Part shown: positions 1-10,074 of the stretch, piece after piece
How positions within the stretch are numbered: the first letter of the stretch is position 1
Layout: every line of letters starts with the position of its first letter
Assembly: GCA_902564295.1 (NCBI GenBank)
Contig: CACFAO010000001.1
Span: 25,051-89,050, forward strand
DNA length: 64,000 nucleotides
Direction: 5' to 3'
Origin: an uncultured Pelagibacteraceae bacterium
GTDB lineage: Bacteria > Pseudomonadota > Alphaproteobacteria > Pelagibacterales > AG-422-B15
Position numbers and translations under genes: made by a program
Notes under the pieces: generated by a model
What the model saw: the letters and a program-made list of their open reading frames with translations, nothing else
Database searches by the model: none
What the model was told of the DNA's origin: nothing

Positions 1-366
1 TTGTATCCACCCGTAATCAGTAAGTTTAATTGCAGTACCCATTAGAGACTTTAATAGTGGCTTTTTAAAATATAAACCTCCAAATAATACAAAAGAAAAA
101 ATGAGATTAACTAAAGTAACCTTAAATTTAATAAAAAAGGGATCATTAAAATAAATTGTTAAGGCCCCAAAAATAAATATTAAAATAGTACTAAACAACA
201 GCATTGGAGAAACTTTGCGGTCTATAAGGTACGACCCTACAATTGCAACTCCTGCAGCAATCATTAGAGGTAGAATTGCTTCTTCAATTTTACCAGTCTT
301 GATAAAAAAATAAAAAAATACAACAAGAGGGCCGAGCTCAAATACTTGTTTTAGTGAACTTCTCAT
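1..366 (-). CDS. yciB: Intracellular septation protein A (YciB/IspZ). The N-terminal 122 aa are present; the C-terminus runs off the left edge of the window.
   Basis: Hand translation of the minus strand from the ATG (complement of 364-366) gives MRSSLKQVFELGPLVVFFYFF...IFGALTIYFNDPFFIKFKVTLVNLIFSFVLFGGLYFKKPLLKSLMG. The frame stays open to position 1. It is collinear with E. coli YciB (..FGGLTLFFHNDEFIKWKVT..KKPLIQRMLG..). It is absent from the ORF track because there is no stop codon in the window. Confidence 0.8.
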   Translation of the reverse strand, partial: MRSSLKQVFELGPLVVFFYFFIKTGKIEEAILPLMIAAGVAIVGSYLIDRKVSPMLLFSTILIFIFGALTIYFNDPFFIKFKVTLVNLIFSFVLFGGLYFKKPLLKSLMGTAIKLTDYGWIQ

Positions 367-376
367 TAAATTAAAT

Positions 377-739
377 TTAGTTATGTTTTGTCTTAGAGAT
401 ATATTTTCCGTTTTTTATTCCAGTAAACATCTCTTCAACAAGTGGGTGTGAAACAGGATCATCTGTTTCATCTGGCAATAAATTTTGTTGAGAGACATAA
501 GCAACATAAGAAGGTTGGCTAGGTGCTTCGGCTAACAAATGATAAAAAGGTTGATCCTTTCTAGGTCTTACTTGTAACGGAATAGATTGATACCATTCTT
601 CAGTATTATTAAATTCTGGATCAACATCAAAAATTACTCCTCTAAAGTCAAAGTACTTATGCTTTACAATAGAACCTATTTGAAATTTTGCTTTATTAAT
701 CATTAATAAAGAGGTTAATGTATTCGTGATGAAATTCAA
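377..739 (-). CDS. hspQ: Heat-shock protein HspQ / YccV-like hemimethylated-DNA-binding domain protein
   Basis: The core KFQIGSIVKHKYFDFRGVIFDVDPEF...PFYHLLAE matches the HspQ/YccV family pattern. The true start may be the internal Met at 703 (MINKAKF..). Confidence 0.75.
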   Translation of the reverse strand: MNFITNTLTSLLMINKAKFQIGSIVKHKYFDFRGVIFDVDPEFNNTEEWYQSIPLQVRPRKDQPFYHLLAEAPSQPSYVAYVSQQNLLPDETDDPVSHPLVEEMFTGIKNGKYISKTKHN

Positions 740-765
740 GTACCGAAATTTTATTTATGAAATAA

Positions 766-1365
766 CTATTTAACTAAGTTACTTAACACATCGTATTTAA
801 TATACCCTGGATAAATCGAATCATTAATCACAGACGCTGGGGTTCCTCTCAATCCTAAACTTTTTGCTAATTTAAAGTTTTCATTTATCACTGGATTTTC
901 TGTTTGACTTAATGCCTGGTTAAAAATTTTTTCTCCATTTAGATTGTTTTCATTCAATAGAGAGATTATTGACTCTTTCTTCATTCCTGGTCCAAGTATC
1001 ATTAATCCATTATGAATCTCAAAATACATATCCGGATAATTATCCCAAATAATTAGTGCAATTTTTGCCGCTGTATCTGAAATATCACCAAAAATTGGCC
1101 ATTCGAGATAAACAATTTTAATATTATCAGTCTCATTTAATATTTTTACAAAATCTTTTGCCTGTTTTGCACAATAGCCACATCTATAATCAAAAAATTC
1201 TACAACTGTTACTTCTGCATCATTGTTTCCAACTGTTGGGAGAGCGCCTACTTCGTGATTTCGTAGTATAAAACTTGCAAGATTTTGGTCATCTTGTGCA
1301 AACGTAAAAGTTGAGATAGCCATTAGAAGTGTAATAATTGTAAATATATAAAATCTTTTAATCAT
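766..1365 (-). CDS. Periplasmic DsbA-family thiol:disulfide oxidoreductase
   Basis: The N-terminus looks like a signal peptide. The thioredoxin-fold active site CGYC is present (FFDYRCGYCAKQ). The start forms an ATGA overlap with the stop of the upstream gene. Confidence 0.8.
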   Translation of the reverse strand: MIKRFYIFTIITLLMAISTFTFAQDDQNLASFILRNHEVGALPTVGNNDAEVTVVEFFDYRCGYCAKQAKDFVKILNETDNIKIVYLEWPIFGDISDTAAKIALIIWDNYPDMYFEIHNGLMILGPGMKKESIISLLNENNLNGEKIFNQALSQTENPVINENFKLAKSLGLRGTPASVINDSIYPGYIKYDVLSNLVK

Positions 1366-2054
1366 AATTTATTATTGTATTTCCTTAAAGCAGCTGCTGT
1401 ACCAAGATGTAAAACATTTTTATTGAATTTGTAGCCTTTGATCAAATTTTTTGAAATTAAATCATCCCATACTTGATTAATTGAAAAAACACTATTTTTT
1501 AGGTCTTTGAATGCTTCTTTTCTTATAATCTGGGCCCCATTGAACACGTAGCCCTTATTTGTTTTATTATCATATCTTTGTATATAATCATCTTTCGTAA
1601 ATGAAAAATCACCAATACCATTATAGCCACTTATTAGGTCAGTTGGTGTAAGAGCAAGTAACGACATTATGTCTTTTGGAAAGCTCTTTATCATTTCTCT
1701 CAAGAAAACGGTATCTTCAACTTTCCATAAATTGTCACAATTTAAAACAAAGGCATGTTTAATATTATTTTCATCCATTATTTTTTTTATTCCACCTCCG
1801 GTATCTAATAAGCAATCTGTTTCATCGGATATTTTGATTTTTAGATTATTTAGATTTTTTAAATACGAGGTAATTTGATCAGATTTGTAATGAACATTTA
1901 TAAAAATTTCTTCAAAGCCTAACTTCTCCATTATATTGACTGAATGTTCTAAGAGGGGTTTACCGTTTACCTCAATCAGTGGCTTTGGAATGTCTAAAGA
2001 ATACTCTCTAACTCTTTTACCTAACCCTGCAGCAAGAATAATTGAGGACTTCAT
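1362..2054 (-). CDS. murU: Sugar-1-phosphate nucleotidyltransferase, MurU-like (N-acetylmuramate-1-P uridylyltransferase family)
   Basis: The N-terminal nucleotidyltransferase loop ILAAGLGKRV..PKPL is present. The gene is paired with, and overlaps, an AmgK-like kinase gene, as in the Pseudomonas AmgK/MurU pair. Confidence 0.6.
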   Translation of the reverse strand: MKSSIILAAGLGKRVREYSLDIPKPLIEVNGKPLLEHSVNIMEKLGFEEIFINVHYKSDQITSYLKNLNNLKIKISDETDCLLDTGGGIKKIMDENNIKHAFVLNCDNLWKVEDTVFLREMIKSFPKDIMSLLALTPTDLISGYNGIGDFSFTKDDYIQRYDNKTNKGYVFNGAQIIRKEAFKDLKNSVFSINQVWDDLISKNLIKGYKFNKNVLHLGTAAALRKYNNKL

Positions 2055-3031
2055 GATTGCAGCTCTTTTATTTTTAATTCTTCAATCCAACTCTTCATAT
2101 CAGAAAACAATGATGATTTTAAATTTGATTTAATAAAATTAAACGTTGCAGGTAGATACTTTAAGTATCTTACTTTTCCATCTCTGATTGCAAGTCTATT
2201 AAATATACCAAGAATTTTTAAGTTTCTCTGAAGAGAAAAGAAGTTGATTTCTTTAAGAACCGTCTCATAATTTTCATTTGTCATATTTATATAATATTTA
2301 ATTAACTCTTCTTTTTCATTTTCATTTAAAGGCATGCGTACATCCTCCAATAGCGAAGCAATGTCATAAAATGATGAACCTAATAATGCATCTTGAAAAT
2401 CTATCAAACCAACTTGTTTTAGAGGATCCTTATGATCCTTCAGAATTAAATTATCAACATGGTAATCCCTAAGAACAAGAGTATCATTTTGAGATTTAAT
2501 ATTTAAAAAGGCTTGTTGTAAAATTTTACAAAATTCATTCTTTCTTTCGTTAGTTATTTGTATAGCCATTTTTTTCTCAATAAACCATTCAATAAATAAC
2601 ATTGATTCCCTATATAGTTCCTCAAAGTTATATGTTGTTAATTTTCTCAAAGAAGATTTATTTTGATGAGATTTTATCTTTATAGCAATTAGAACATCAA
2701 TTGCTTTCTTGTATAAATTTTTTTTATTTTCATTATTCATATGTTTAGAAAAAACTTTATCTCCAAAATCCTCAAGTAGAATAAAACCTTCTTTGTTATT
2801 TACATCTATTATCTTAGGAGCACTTAAATTAAATGAATGAAGTATTTTTGCAATTTCTGAAAATTTTGAAACTGACTCACCCTTTTCAGGTGCTGCGTCC
2901 ATGGCAAGTGTATTATTTTCTAATCTGTAATATTTTCTAAAAGATGCATCACTTTTAATCGCAACTAAATTTTTAGTAGAGATTTTCTGTTTCTCTAAAT
3001 ATGATAATAACTGATTGAAACGATTATCCAT
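2051..3031 (-). CDS. amgK: Aminoglycoside-phosphotransferase-fold sugar kinase, AmgK-like (MurNAc/GlcNAc anomeric kinase family)
   Basis: APH/choline-kinase catalytic motifs are present (LRDYHVDNLIL and GLIDFQD). The gene lies between tsaE and murU-like genes and overlaps both neighbours by 8 and 4 nt. Confidence 0.6.
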   Translation of the reverse strand: MDNRFNQLLSYLEKQKISTKNLVAIKSDASFRKYYRLENNTLAMDAAPEKGESVSKFSEIAKILHSFNLSAPKIIDVNNKEGFILLEDFGDKVFSKHMNNENKKNLYKKAIDVLIAIKIKSHQNKSSLRKLTTYNFEELYRESMLFIEWFIEKKMAIQITNERKNEFCKILQQAFLNIKSQNDTLVLRDYHVDNLILKDHKDPLKQVGLIDFQDALLGSSFYDIASLLEDVRMPLNENEKEELIKYYINMTNENYETVLKEINFFSLQRNLKILGIFNRLAIRDGKVRYLKYLPATFNFIKSNLKSSLFSDMKSWIEELKIKELQS

Positions 3032-3473
3032 AGATTTTTAAATTTTTAAACCTACCAAATTTTTTTATATCAATATTTCGATCATTATTTTTTAAAATTT
3101 TAAATATAATTTCTATTCTATCTGTTGGAAGAATTTCTTTGAATTTGTCAGACCATTCTATTAAACATGCATCGTCTAATGTAGATTCCATAAAATTTAA
3201 TTCAACTAACTCTGCAGCCGAATTAAGTCTATAAAAGTCAAAATGGTTAATTTTAATATTTCTATGTTCATACGCCTGCAATAAGGTAAAGGTTGGACTT
3301 GGTATTTCTTTTATTTTTGCATCTTTTAAATACTCTTGAATAAAATACCTACTGAATGTGGTTTTTCCAGATCCTAGATTACCATTAAGACAAATTGCTA
3401 TATTTTTACCTTTAGAAAACTTAACCAATTTTCTGGCAAAGAGTTGGGTATCCCTCTCATTTTTTAGGAGCAT
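3024..3473 (-). CDS. tsaE: tRNA t6A37 threonylcarbamoyladenosine biosynthesis ATPase TsaE (YjeE)
   Basis: The protein is 149 aa with the P-loop GNLGSGKTTFSR, and it has TsaE size and layout (..SPTFTL...HFDFYRL..). Confidence 0.9.
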   Translation of the reverse strand: MLLKNERDTQLFARKLVKFSKGKNIAICLNGNLGSGKTTFSRYFIQEYLKDAKIKEIPSPTFTLLQAYEHRNIKINHFDFYRLNSAAELVELNFMESTLDDACLIEWSDKFKEILPTDRIEIIFKILKNNDRNIDIKKFGRFKNLKIYG

Positions 3474-3500
3474 GAATAAATTCTAACACTAAAATGAAAT

Positions 3501-4793
3501 TTAGTATCGATAAGCTTCAGGTTTATAGGGTCCCTCTGGAGTTACACTAATATAGTCTGCTTGATCTTTGGATAATTGTGTAAGTTTAGCTCCTACCTTT
3601 TCTAAATGAAGACGCGCAACCTTTTCATCCAAATGCTTTGGTAGCACATAAACTTTTTTTTCATAATTTTCTGAGTTATTCCATAATTCTATTTGCGCTG
3701 TTACCTGATTAGTAAAAGAAGCGCTCATTACGAAACTTGGATGACCAGTAGCGCAACCTAAATTAACTAGTCTTCCCTCAGCTAATAAAATAATTCTTTT
3801 TTCGTCAGGGAATGTGATTTCGTGCACTTGTGGCTTGATCTCGTCCCATTTGTAATTTCTAAGTGCATCAACTTGAATTTCATTATCAAAGTGACCAATA
3901 TTGCATAAAATTGCTCTATCTTTCATATCTCTCATATGATCGGCTGTTACAATATCTTTATTGCCTGTTGCTGTAACAACAATGTCTGCTTCCTTAATCA
4001 TTTCATCCATTAAGACAACTTCATAACCTTCCATTGCCGCTTGTAACGCGCAAATTGGATCTGTTTCAGTAACCATTACTCTTGCACCACTTTGACGTAA
4101 TGAAGCAGCACTGCCTTTACCAACGTCACCAAAACCAGCAACTATTGCAACTTTACCTGACATCATAACATCAGTTGCTCTTTTAATTCCATCAACTAAA
4201 CTTTCTCTACAACCATATAGATTGTCGAATTTAGATTTAGTAACTGAATCATTTACATTAATGGCTGGCACCATCAACGTACCATCGCTCTCCATTTTTT
4301 TTAATGCGAGTACACCTGTTGTTGTTTCCTCTGAGAGCCCTTTTACTTCTTTTAATAAGTCATTATATTCTTTATGCATTAAACTTGTCAGGTCACCGCC
4401 ATCGTCAAGAATCATATTTGGCTTCCAACCCTCTTTACCTTCAATAGTTTGTCTTACACACCACCAATATTCTTCTTCTGTTTCACCTTTCCATGCATAA
4501 ACTGGTATACCTGCTTTGGCTATTGCAGCTGCAGCATGATCTTGCGTAGAAAATATATTACACGATGACCATCTTACATCCGCACCTAATTCTACCAATG
4601 TTTCAATTAGCACTGCAGTTTGTATGGTCATATGTAGACAGCCAAGAATTCTTGCTCCTTCAAGTGGTTTTTTTCCTTTGTATTCACTTCTTAATGCCAT
4701 CAATCCTGGCATTTCAGTTTCCGCAAGTGAGATCTCTTTCCTGCCGAAATCAGCAAGATTTATATCTGCTACCTTGTAATCATCGTTTGCCAT
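3501..4793 (-). CDS. ahcY: S-adenosyl-L-homocysteine hydrolase (adenosylhomocysteinase)
   Basis: This 430-aa ORF is a full-length match to the AhcY pattern: [24 protein letters not shown], the NAD-binding [10 protein letters not shown], and the C-terminal ..GPYKPE.YRY. Confidence 0.97.
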   Translation of the reverse strand: MANDDYKVADINLADFGRKEISLAETEMPGLMALRSEYKGKKPLEGARILGCLHMTIQTAVLIETLVELGADVRWSSCNIFSTQDHAAAAIAKAGIPVYAWKGETEEEYWWCVRQTIEGKEGWKPNMILDDGGDLTSLMHKEYNDLLKEVKGLSEETTTGVLALKKMESDGTLMVPAINVNDSVTKSKFDNLYGCRESLVDGIKRATDVMMSGKVAIVAGFGDVGKGSAASLRQSGARVMVTETDPICALQAAMEGYEVVLMDEMIKEADIVVTATGNKDIVTADHMRDMKDRAILCNIGHFDNEIQVDALRNYKWDEIKPQVHEITFPDEKRIILLAEGRLVNLGCATGHPSFVMSASFTNQVTAQIELWNNSENYEKKVYVLPKHLDEKVARLHLEKVGAKLTQLSKDQADYISVTPEGPYKPEAYRY

Positions 4794-4844
4794 AATTCAT
4801 AAAATATAGGTTATATAAAACATTAATCAATCTTAATATTTTGT

Positions 4845-6365
4845 TTAATCTGCCAATGGCAAATTTACAATGAACTTAGCACCCACTATATTTCCGCCTT
4901 CCGTGAGGTTGTCTGCAGATATGTACCCATCATGTGCATCTATGATTTGCTTAGCAATACTTAAACCTAGACCTGAGTGGGCTTGATTACTGTAATTATC
5001 TCTAAAAGAATAAAACCTTTCAAAAATTCTTTTTATGTTTGGATCCTTAATCCCAGGACCTTCATCAGAAATTGAAACACTTAGATAGTTTTTAGTTGAA
5101 GATAATACAATTTCTATAATTCCATCTGTTGGAGAGAATGAAGCAGCATTTATTATGATATTGTCAAAAGCTTGATAAAGAAAAGATTTTTGACCATTAA
5201 CCAAAAGATTTTGATTTTCATTGGCAATAAATTTTATAGTTAATTTACCTGAAAAATTTTCTTTATAATTATGAACTAAGTCATCTAAAAGTTCTCTAAT
5301 ATTAAAAACGTTTGACTGACTTTTATATAAATTTACTTCATCTTTAATCATCGAAGAATAATCAGTGATAATATTTTCAATTCTTGAAATATCACTGAGG
5401 ATTAAATCAAGAAATTTTTTTTGATCATCGTCTAATTTATCATTGATTACATCAGTAGCCATTTTTATAGATGCAAGTGGATTCCTTATTTCATGCATTA
5501 AGTCAGCTGAATTATTTTCCGCATTATCTATTTTTTGATATAGGTTTTTAAGCATTGTATTAATAATTTTAGAAAGTTGACCGATTTCGTCTTCTCTCCT
5601 ATCAAGAACAGTAATTAAGGGTTTTGATTTAACATCTGCATCTACATTTTCAGCAGCTTTTGCTAATTTTTTTATTGGCTTAAGAATTATGAAATTTAAA
5701 AAAAAAGAAAAAAGAATAAGGCTGAATGCAATTGCTAGACCGGCCAAAAGAACATTAAACCTTATTTGATTATTAATTCTTTGAATTTCAGTGTTATCTT
5801 CATAAGCAACTATATGAAAGACATCATCATTTAGACTCACAGGTAAAATTGAAAATAGTTCTAATTTTTTATTTTCATGTTGTATGGAAAAACTACTCTT
5901 AATTCCTATTTTTGAATTATTATGTTTTTCAATAAAAATTTCATTATTAAGAAAATCCCTAAAACCATTACTTTTTTTATCTAAATTAGAAATTTCATTA
6001 TTATCAGAATATCCACCAAGCTTTTCAATCTCGATAAGCGGACTTGGATTGATGCTTCCTGAAGCAACATCGTATCCCTTAGTGTCAATAACCACATTTC
6101 CTTCATTATCTAAAATTAGTATAGATAAATTTTTAATCTCAAGCTTAGATAAAATAGCATTGTATATACTTTGAGAATCATTATTTCTAAGAAAATTTGA
6201 TGAATTTAAAAAATTATAGATTATTAAATTTTGATTATCGATTTCCTTAAGTCTCTTATTCAATTGGTAGTTATTTAAAACAACAATTAATACTGTAGTT
6301 GCTATGGCTAGCAGAACTAGTCCTAGTAAATTGTAAAATAAATATTTTTTTAATAAACTATTCAA
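4845..6365 (-). CDS. chvG: Membrane sensor histidine kinase, ChvG/ExoS-type (also describable as EnvZ-like)
   Basis: Two TM segments flank a periplasmic region of about 170 aa. The H-box HEIRNPLASI, N box NIIINAASFSP and G boxes DEGPGI / GLGLSIAK are present. The gene lies downstream of an OmpR-family regulator that is divergent from pckA, which is the conserved alphaproteobacterial chvI-chvG arrangement. Confidence 0.7.
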   Translation of the reverse strand: MNSLLKKYLFYNLLGLVLLAIATTVLIVVLNNYQLNKRLKEIDNQNLIIYNFLNSSNFLRNNDSQSIYNAILSKLEIKNLSILILDNEGNVVIDTKGYDVASGSINPSPLIEIEKLGGYSDNNEISNLDKKSNGFRDFLNNEIFIEKHNNSKIGIKSSFSIQHENKKLELFSILPVSLNDDVFHIVAYEDNTEIQRINNQIRFNVLLAGLAIAFSLILFSFFLNFIILKPIKKLAKAAENVDADVKSKPLITVLDRREDEIGQLSKIINTMLKNLYQKIDNAENNSADLMHEIRNPLASIKMATDVINDKLDDDQKKFLDLILSDISRIENIITDYSSMIKDEVNLYKSQSNVFNIRELLDDLVHNYKENFSGKLTIKFIANENQNLLVNGQKSFLYQAFDNIIINAASFSPTDGIIEIVLSSTKNYLSVSISDEGPGIKDPNIKRIFERFYSFRDNYSNQAHSGLGLSIAKQIIDAHDGYISADNLTEGGNIVGAKFIVNLPLAD

Positions 6366-6392
6366 CTCTTTTATTTTAAACAGAAATATATT

Positions 6393-7091
6393 TTATTTCC
6401 ATTGATATCCTGAACCATACAATGTGTGAATAGCATTGAACTTAGGATCTATTTTACGAAATTTTTTTCTAATCCTTTTTATATGACTATCGATTGTCCT
6501 ATCATCTACATCAAGCTCATCATTGTATGCTATCTCCATCAACCGATCTCTGGATTTGACAATACCTGGTCTTTCAACTAACTCTCTAATAATTTTAAAC
6601 TCAGTCGTAGTTAAATCTTCATCAAGTTGAACTTCTTTCCATTCACAAGAATGTCGTAAGCAGTCCAGTCTTAAATCGCCATGTAGAATTATTTCATTTA
6701 CATTCTTGCTATCAGTATCAATTTTAACTCTATTTAGAGTATTTTTAATTGTTTCTATTAAAATTTCCTTGGAAAAATTACCTCCTTTTGTGACATAGCC
6801 ATCAACACCCTGCATTAAACCTCTCAATTTATCTGCCTCTTGATCTTTTGATGTAAGAAAAATGACTGGTATTTTTAATTTTTCTCTAATCTTTCTAAAA
6901 AGCTCATAACCATCCATACGAGGCATCTTTATATCAATTACAGCCAATGCAGGTGGGTGTCTAAACATGCCATTTAAAGCGGATTGACCATCAGCATAAG
7001 TATGTATTTCAAATTCTTCTTTTTTAAGAAGCTCTTCAAGGGAAATCAAGATGTTTCGGTCGTCATCTATGAGTGCTATTAAGGTCTTCAT
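6393..7091 (-). CDS. chvI: OmpR/PhoB-family response regulator, ChvI-type
   Basis: A receiver domain (..LAVIDIKMPRMDG..) is followed by a winged-helix output domain (TTTEFKIIRELVERPG...YGSGYQW). The gene is divergent from pckA. Confidence 0.7.
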   Translation of the reverse strand: MKTLIALIDDDRNILISLEELLKKEEFEIHTYADGQSALNGMFRHPPALAVIDIKMPRMDGYELFRKIREKLKIPVIFLTSKDQEADKLRGLMQGVDGYVTKGGNFSKEILIETIKNTLNRVKIDTDSKNVNEIILHGDLRLDCLRHSCEWKEVQLDEDLTTTEFKIIRELVERPGIVKSRDRLMEIAYNDELDVDDRTIDSHIKRIRKKFRKIDPKFNAIHTLYGSGYQWK

Positions 7092-7115
7092 ATCTTCATA
7101 TGTTAATAACGAGTT

Positions 7116-7132
7116 ATGGCATTAAAATGGCA
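7116..7132 (+). promoter_or_regulatory. Direct repeat ATGGCA-N5-ATGGCA (11-bp register) in the chvI/pckA divergent intergenic region; candidate response-regulator site
   Basis: The sequence reads ATGGCATTAAAATGGCA, with the two hexamers at 7116-7121 and 7127-7132. OmpR-family regulators bind direct repeats spaced by about one helical turn. The function is not established. Confidence 0.2.
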
Positions 7133-7204
7133 AAAAATCATAATTATATAACTAACAGGAATGTTAATTTTATAAATATTTGCCCTTAACATAAACGTAA
7201 TTAT

Positions 7205-8809
7205 ATGTTTTTATCTCAAATTCATATCATGAATAATCAACTTAATAATCAAATTTTAAAAAATGCCTCCAAAGTAAACCGCAACTTGAGTTCTGAGGAA
7301 CTATATGAACTATCTCACAAAAATGGTGAAGGAAAGCTATCTAAACATGGCGCTTTAGTTGTTGAAACAGGAAAACACACTGGACGTTCGGCAAACGACA
7401 AATTTTTTGTAAAGGAAGACAATAACAAAGACAAAATCCATTGGGGAGACACCAACGTGCCCATTTCTGAGGAAAATTATCAAAAAGTGGCTAATTCATT
7501 TCTTGAATTTGCTAAAGATAAATCGATATATGCACATGATTTAATGGGTGGAGCAGATAGAAATCATTCTCTAAAAGTTACAATAATTACTGAATACGCA
7601 TGGCATGGTCTGTTTGCAAGACATCTTTTAGTAAGGCCGACGTCTGAAGAAGTTGATGGTTTTATTGCTGACTTTAATATAATTAACTTTCCAAGTTTAA
7701 AGATGGATCCAAAGTTTCATGGAACCAATAGTGAAACAGCGATAATTGTAAATTTAAAAGAGAAAGTAATTCTAATTTCAGGAACCGAGTATGCAGGTGA
7801 GACAAAAAAATCAGTTTTTACTCTCCTTAACTTTTTGTTGCCAGAAAAAAAAGTAATGCCAATGCATTGTTCAGTTAATTCTGGAAATAATGGTGACTCG
7901 GCAATCTTTTTTGGTCTTTCTGGTACTGGCAAAACAACATTAAGTGCTGATCCAAAAAGATCTCTATTAGGTGATGATGAGCACGGTTGGTCTGACGATG
8001 GTCTTTTTAATTTTGAAGGGGGATGCTATGCAAAGCTTATTCGTTTATCAGAAGAAGCTGAACCTGAAATATATCAAACTACTCAAATGAAGGGAACAGT
8101 CATAGAAAATGCTGTAATGAAAGAAGATGGTATTTTAGATCTTAATGATAATTCTCTTACAGAAAATACAAGAGGCGCATATCCCTTAGATTATATTCCC
8201 GGTGTAATAAAATCAGGTAAAGCAAGTCATCCAAAAAATATAATTATGTTAACAGCTGATGCTTTTGGTGTATTGCCTCCAATTGCAAAACTATCCCCTG
8301 ATCAAGCTATGTATCATTTTCTTTCAGGCTATACGGCTAAAGTCGCTGGAACAGAGATTGGACTATCAAATGAACCACAGGCAACATTTTCTACATGTTT
8401 TGGAGCTCCTTTTATGCCAAGAAATCCAATAGAGTATGGCAACCTACTCAAAGAGAAGATTTCTAAACATAATGTAGACTGTTGGCTAGTAAACACAGGT
8501 TGGTCTGGTGGTGTTTACGGCGTGGGTAAAAGAATATCTATAAAAAATACTCGAAGGTTATTGGATGCAGCATTATCTGGTGAGCTTTCTAACGTAGAAA
8601 TGAGAAAGGATGACAATTTCGGGTTTTTTGTGCCATTAGAAGTTAATGGAATTAATGGAAGCGTCTTAGACCCACGAAGTACATGGGCTAATTCATCTGA
8701 GTATGATTTACAAGCAAAAAAATTGGTAAGCATGTTCATAAACAATTTTGTAAAGTTTGAGTCTGATGTTGAAGAGAAAATAATAAATTCAGGACCTTCT
8801 CAAATTTAA
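7205..8809 (+). CDS. pckA: Phosphoenolpyruvate carboxykinase (ATP)
   Basis: ATP-PEPCK motifs are present: ..[11 protein letters not shown].., the kinase-1a motif [11 protein letters not shown], ..DDEHGW.. and ..NTGWSGG.YG.G.R. The start could instead be the ATG at 7229 (MNNQLNN..). Confidence 0.95.
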   Translation: MFLSQIHIMNNQLNNQILKNASKVNRNLSSEELYELSHKNGEGKLSKHGALVVETGKHTGRSANDKFFVKEDNNKDKIHWGDTNVPISEENYQKVANSFLEFAKDKSIYAHDLMGGADRNHSLKVTIITEYAWHGLFARHLLVRPTSEEVDGFIADFNIINFPSLKMDPKFHGTNSETAIIVNLKEKVILISGTEYAGETKKSVFTLLNFLLPEKKVMPMHCSVNSGNNGDSAIFFGLSGTGKTTLSADPKRSLLGDDEHGWSDDGLFNFEGGCYAKLIRLSEEAEPEIYQTTQMKGTVIENAVMKEDGILDLNDNSLTENTRGAYPLDYIPGVIKSGKASHPKNIIMLTADAFGVLPPIAKLSPDQAMYHFLSGYTAKVAGTEIGLSNEPQATFSTCFGAPFMPRNPIEYGNLLKEKISKHNVDCWLVNTGWSGGVYGVGKRISIKNTRRLLDAALSGELSNVEMRKDDNFGFFVPLEVNGINGSVLDPRSTWANSSEYDLQAKKLVSMFINNFVKFESDVEEKIINSGPSQI

Positions 8810-10074
8810 GACTGCATAGCAAATTTTGTGTCTTTTTTATAATTAAAACTAGCAATATAAAAACAAAGTATTGATACAATTCCTGTTGCTCCTACAGCAA
8901 CTAGTGACCAAGTGTATGGCGAGGCTGTATCATTAAAAACATAATCGGCAAGGTAACCGGTTACGAAGCTACCTAATCCCATACCTATTATATTTACACC
9001 TAAAATAAATACTGCCAACATTGTTGATCTTACTTTGTATGGTGTAAGTGATTGCATTGCTGCGAATATAGGCCCTACCCAAAATGTAACGTTCACAGAT
9101 ATAAAAAATAAAGTAAAATAGAAAAATAACCCACTTGGTTCGATAAACCTATAACTTATAGTCAACGGCGTTAATATTAAATATGAGATGGTAAGAACCG
9201 TCATTGCACCACCCTCAAATTTGGGACCAAACTTATCTGTTACAACCCCGCCTACAATAGCACCAAACGTTCCACCTATAATAAAAAAAGTTCCAAACAG
9301 TAAATTGTAAGACGAGCTCGTGAAACCTCTTTCATTTACTGCCCAGAGGAGTTCAAAATTTCCTGTACCAAGAGGTATATGCATAAAAATTCCACCAATT
9401 ATTAAAAATATAATTGATTTTGAATTTGAAAAAGTCTCAAAAGTTTTTGAAATTATTTCTTTAGTGGTCAAACTTTTCTCATTTGTATTTTGTAAATTTT
9501 CTTGTTCACCTCTTTTGGGTACAGCAAGGAAATATGTTATTACCGCTAAAAACATACCTATTAAACCTAATGTAATAAAAACTGATCTCCATCCAAATAG
9601 AGGTCCAAATACAGAGGCTATAATTAAACCAACTCCAACGCCTAGTGGAATACCTAGATAATAAATTGCTGATGCTGTTGCTCTTTTATTTTGTGGGAAT
9701 AAATCTGATAGCATTGAAACTGCATTAGGAGTTAGAGCTGACTCCCCAATACCAATTAGGGCTCTTGCAATAATCAAGTGAATAAAACTTTTTGCAATAC
9801 CCGTAAATGCAGTCATCAAACTCCACAAAAAAACGCCTACTGCAATAATTTTCATTCTGTTAAATTTATCTCCAAGAACTCCCATAAAAATCCCAAATAT
9901 TGAATAGAAAAAAAGAAAATATACACCCGTTAAAAGGCCCCATTCAACATTTGAAAGATTAAAATCATTTTTTATCTCATTAGCGAATGCCATTAATAAA
10001 TTTCTGTCTACAAAATTAAATATGTTAAGAAGAAGAAAGAAAGCTAAATACTTATTTGCGGGAAGCTTACTCAT
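8806..10074 (-). CDS. Major facilitator superfamily transporter (substrate unknown)
   Basis: There are about 12 hydrophobic segments and an MFS loop 2-3 signature ([11 protein letters not shown]). I place the start at the Met at 10074 ([13 protein letters not shown]..), giving an ATGAGTAA 8-nt overlap with the upstream gene. The track start at 10152 would overlap that gene by 86 nt. Confidence 0.8.
   Translation of the reverse strand: MSKLPANKYLAFFLLLNIFNFVDRNLLMAFANEIKNDFNLSNVEWGLLTGVYFLFFYSIFGIFMGVLGDKFNRMKIIAVGVFLWSLMTAFTGIAKSFIHLIIARALIGIGESALTPNAVSMLSDLFPQNKRATASAIYYLGIPLGVGVGLIIASVFGPLFGWRSVFITLGLIGMFLAVITYFLAVPKRGEQENLQNTNEKSLTTKEIISKTFETFSNSKSIIFLIIGGIFMHIPLGTGNFELLWAVNERGFTSSSYNLLFGTFFIIGGTFGAIVGGVVTDKFGPKFEGGAMTVLTISYLILTPLTISYRFIEPSGLFFYFTLFFISVNVTFWVGPIFAAMQSLTPYKVRSTMLAVFILGVNIIGMGLGSFVTGYLADYVFNDTASPYTWSLVAVGATGIVSILCFYIASFNYKKDTKFAMQS

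Noticed and set aside
7116-7132. TGGCAT-TAAAA-TGGCA read as a sigma54 -24/-12 promoter (GG and GC 12 nt apart) pointing at pckA.
   Set aside because: The -12 element is TGGCA rather than TTGCA. pckA is not a typical sigma54 target. To my recollection SAR11-type genomes encode very few sigma factors and no rpoN. A response-regulator direct repeat is the more economical reading.
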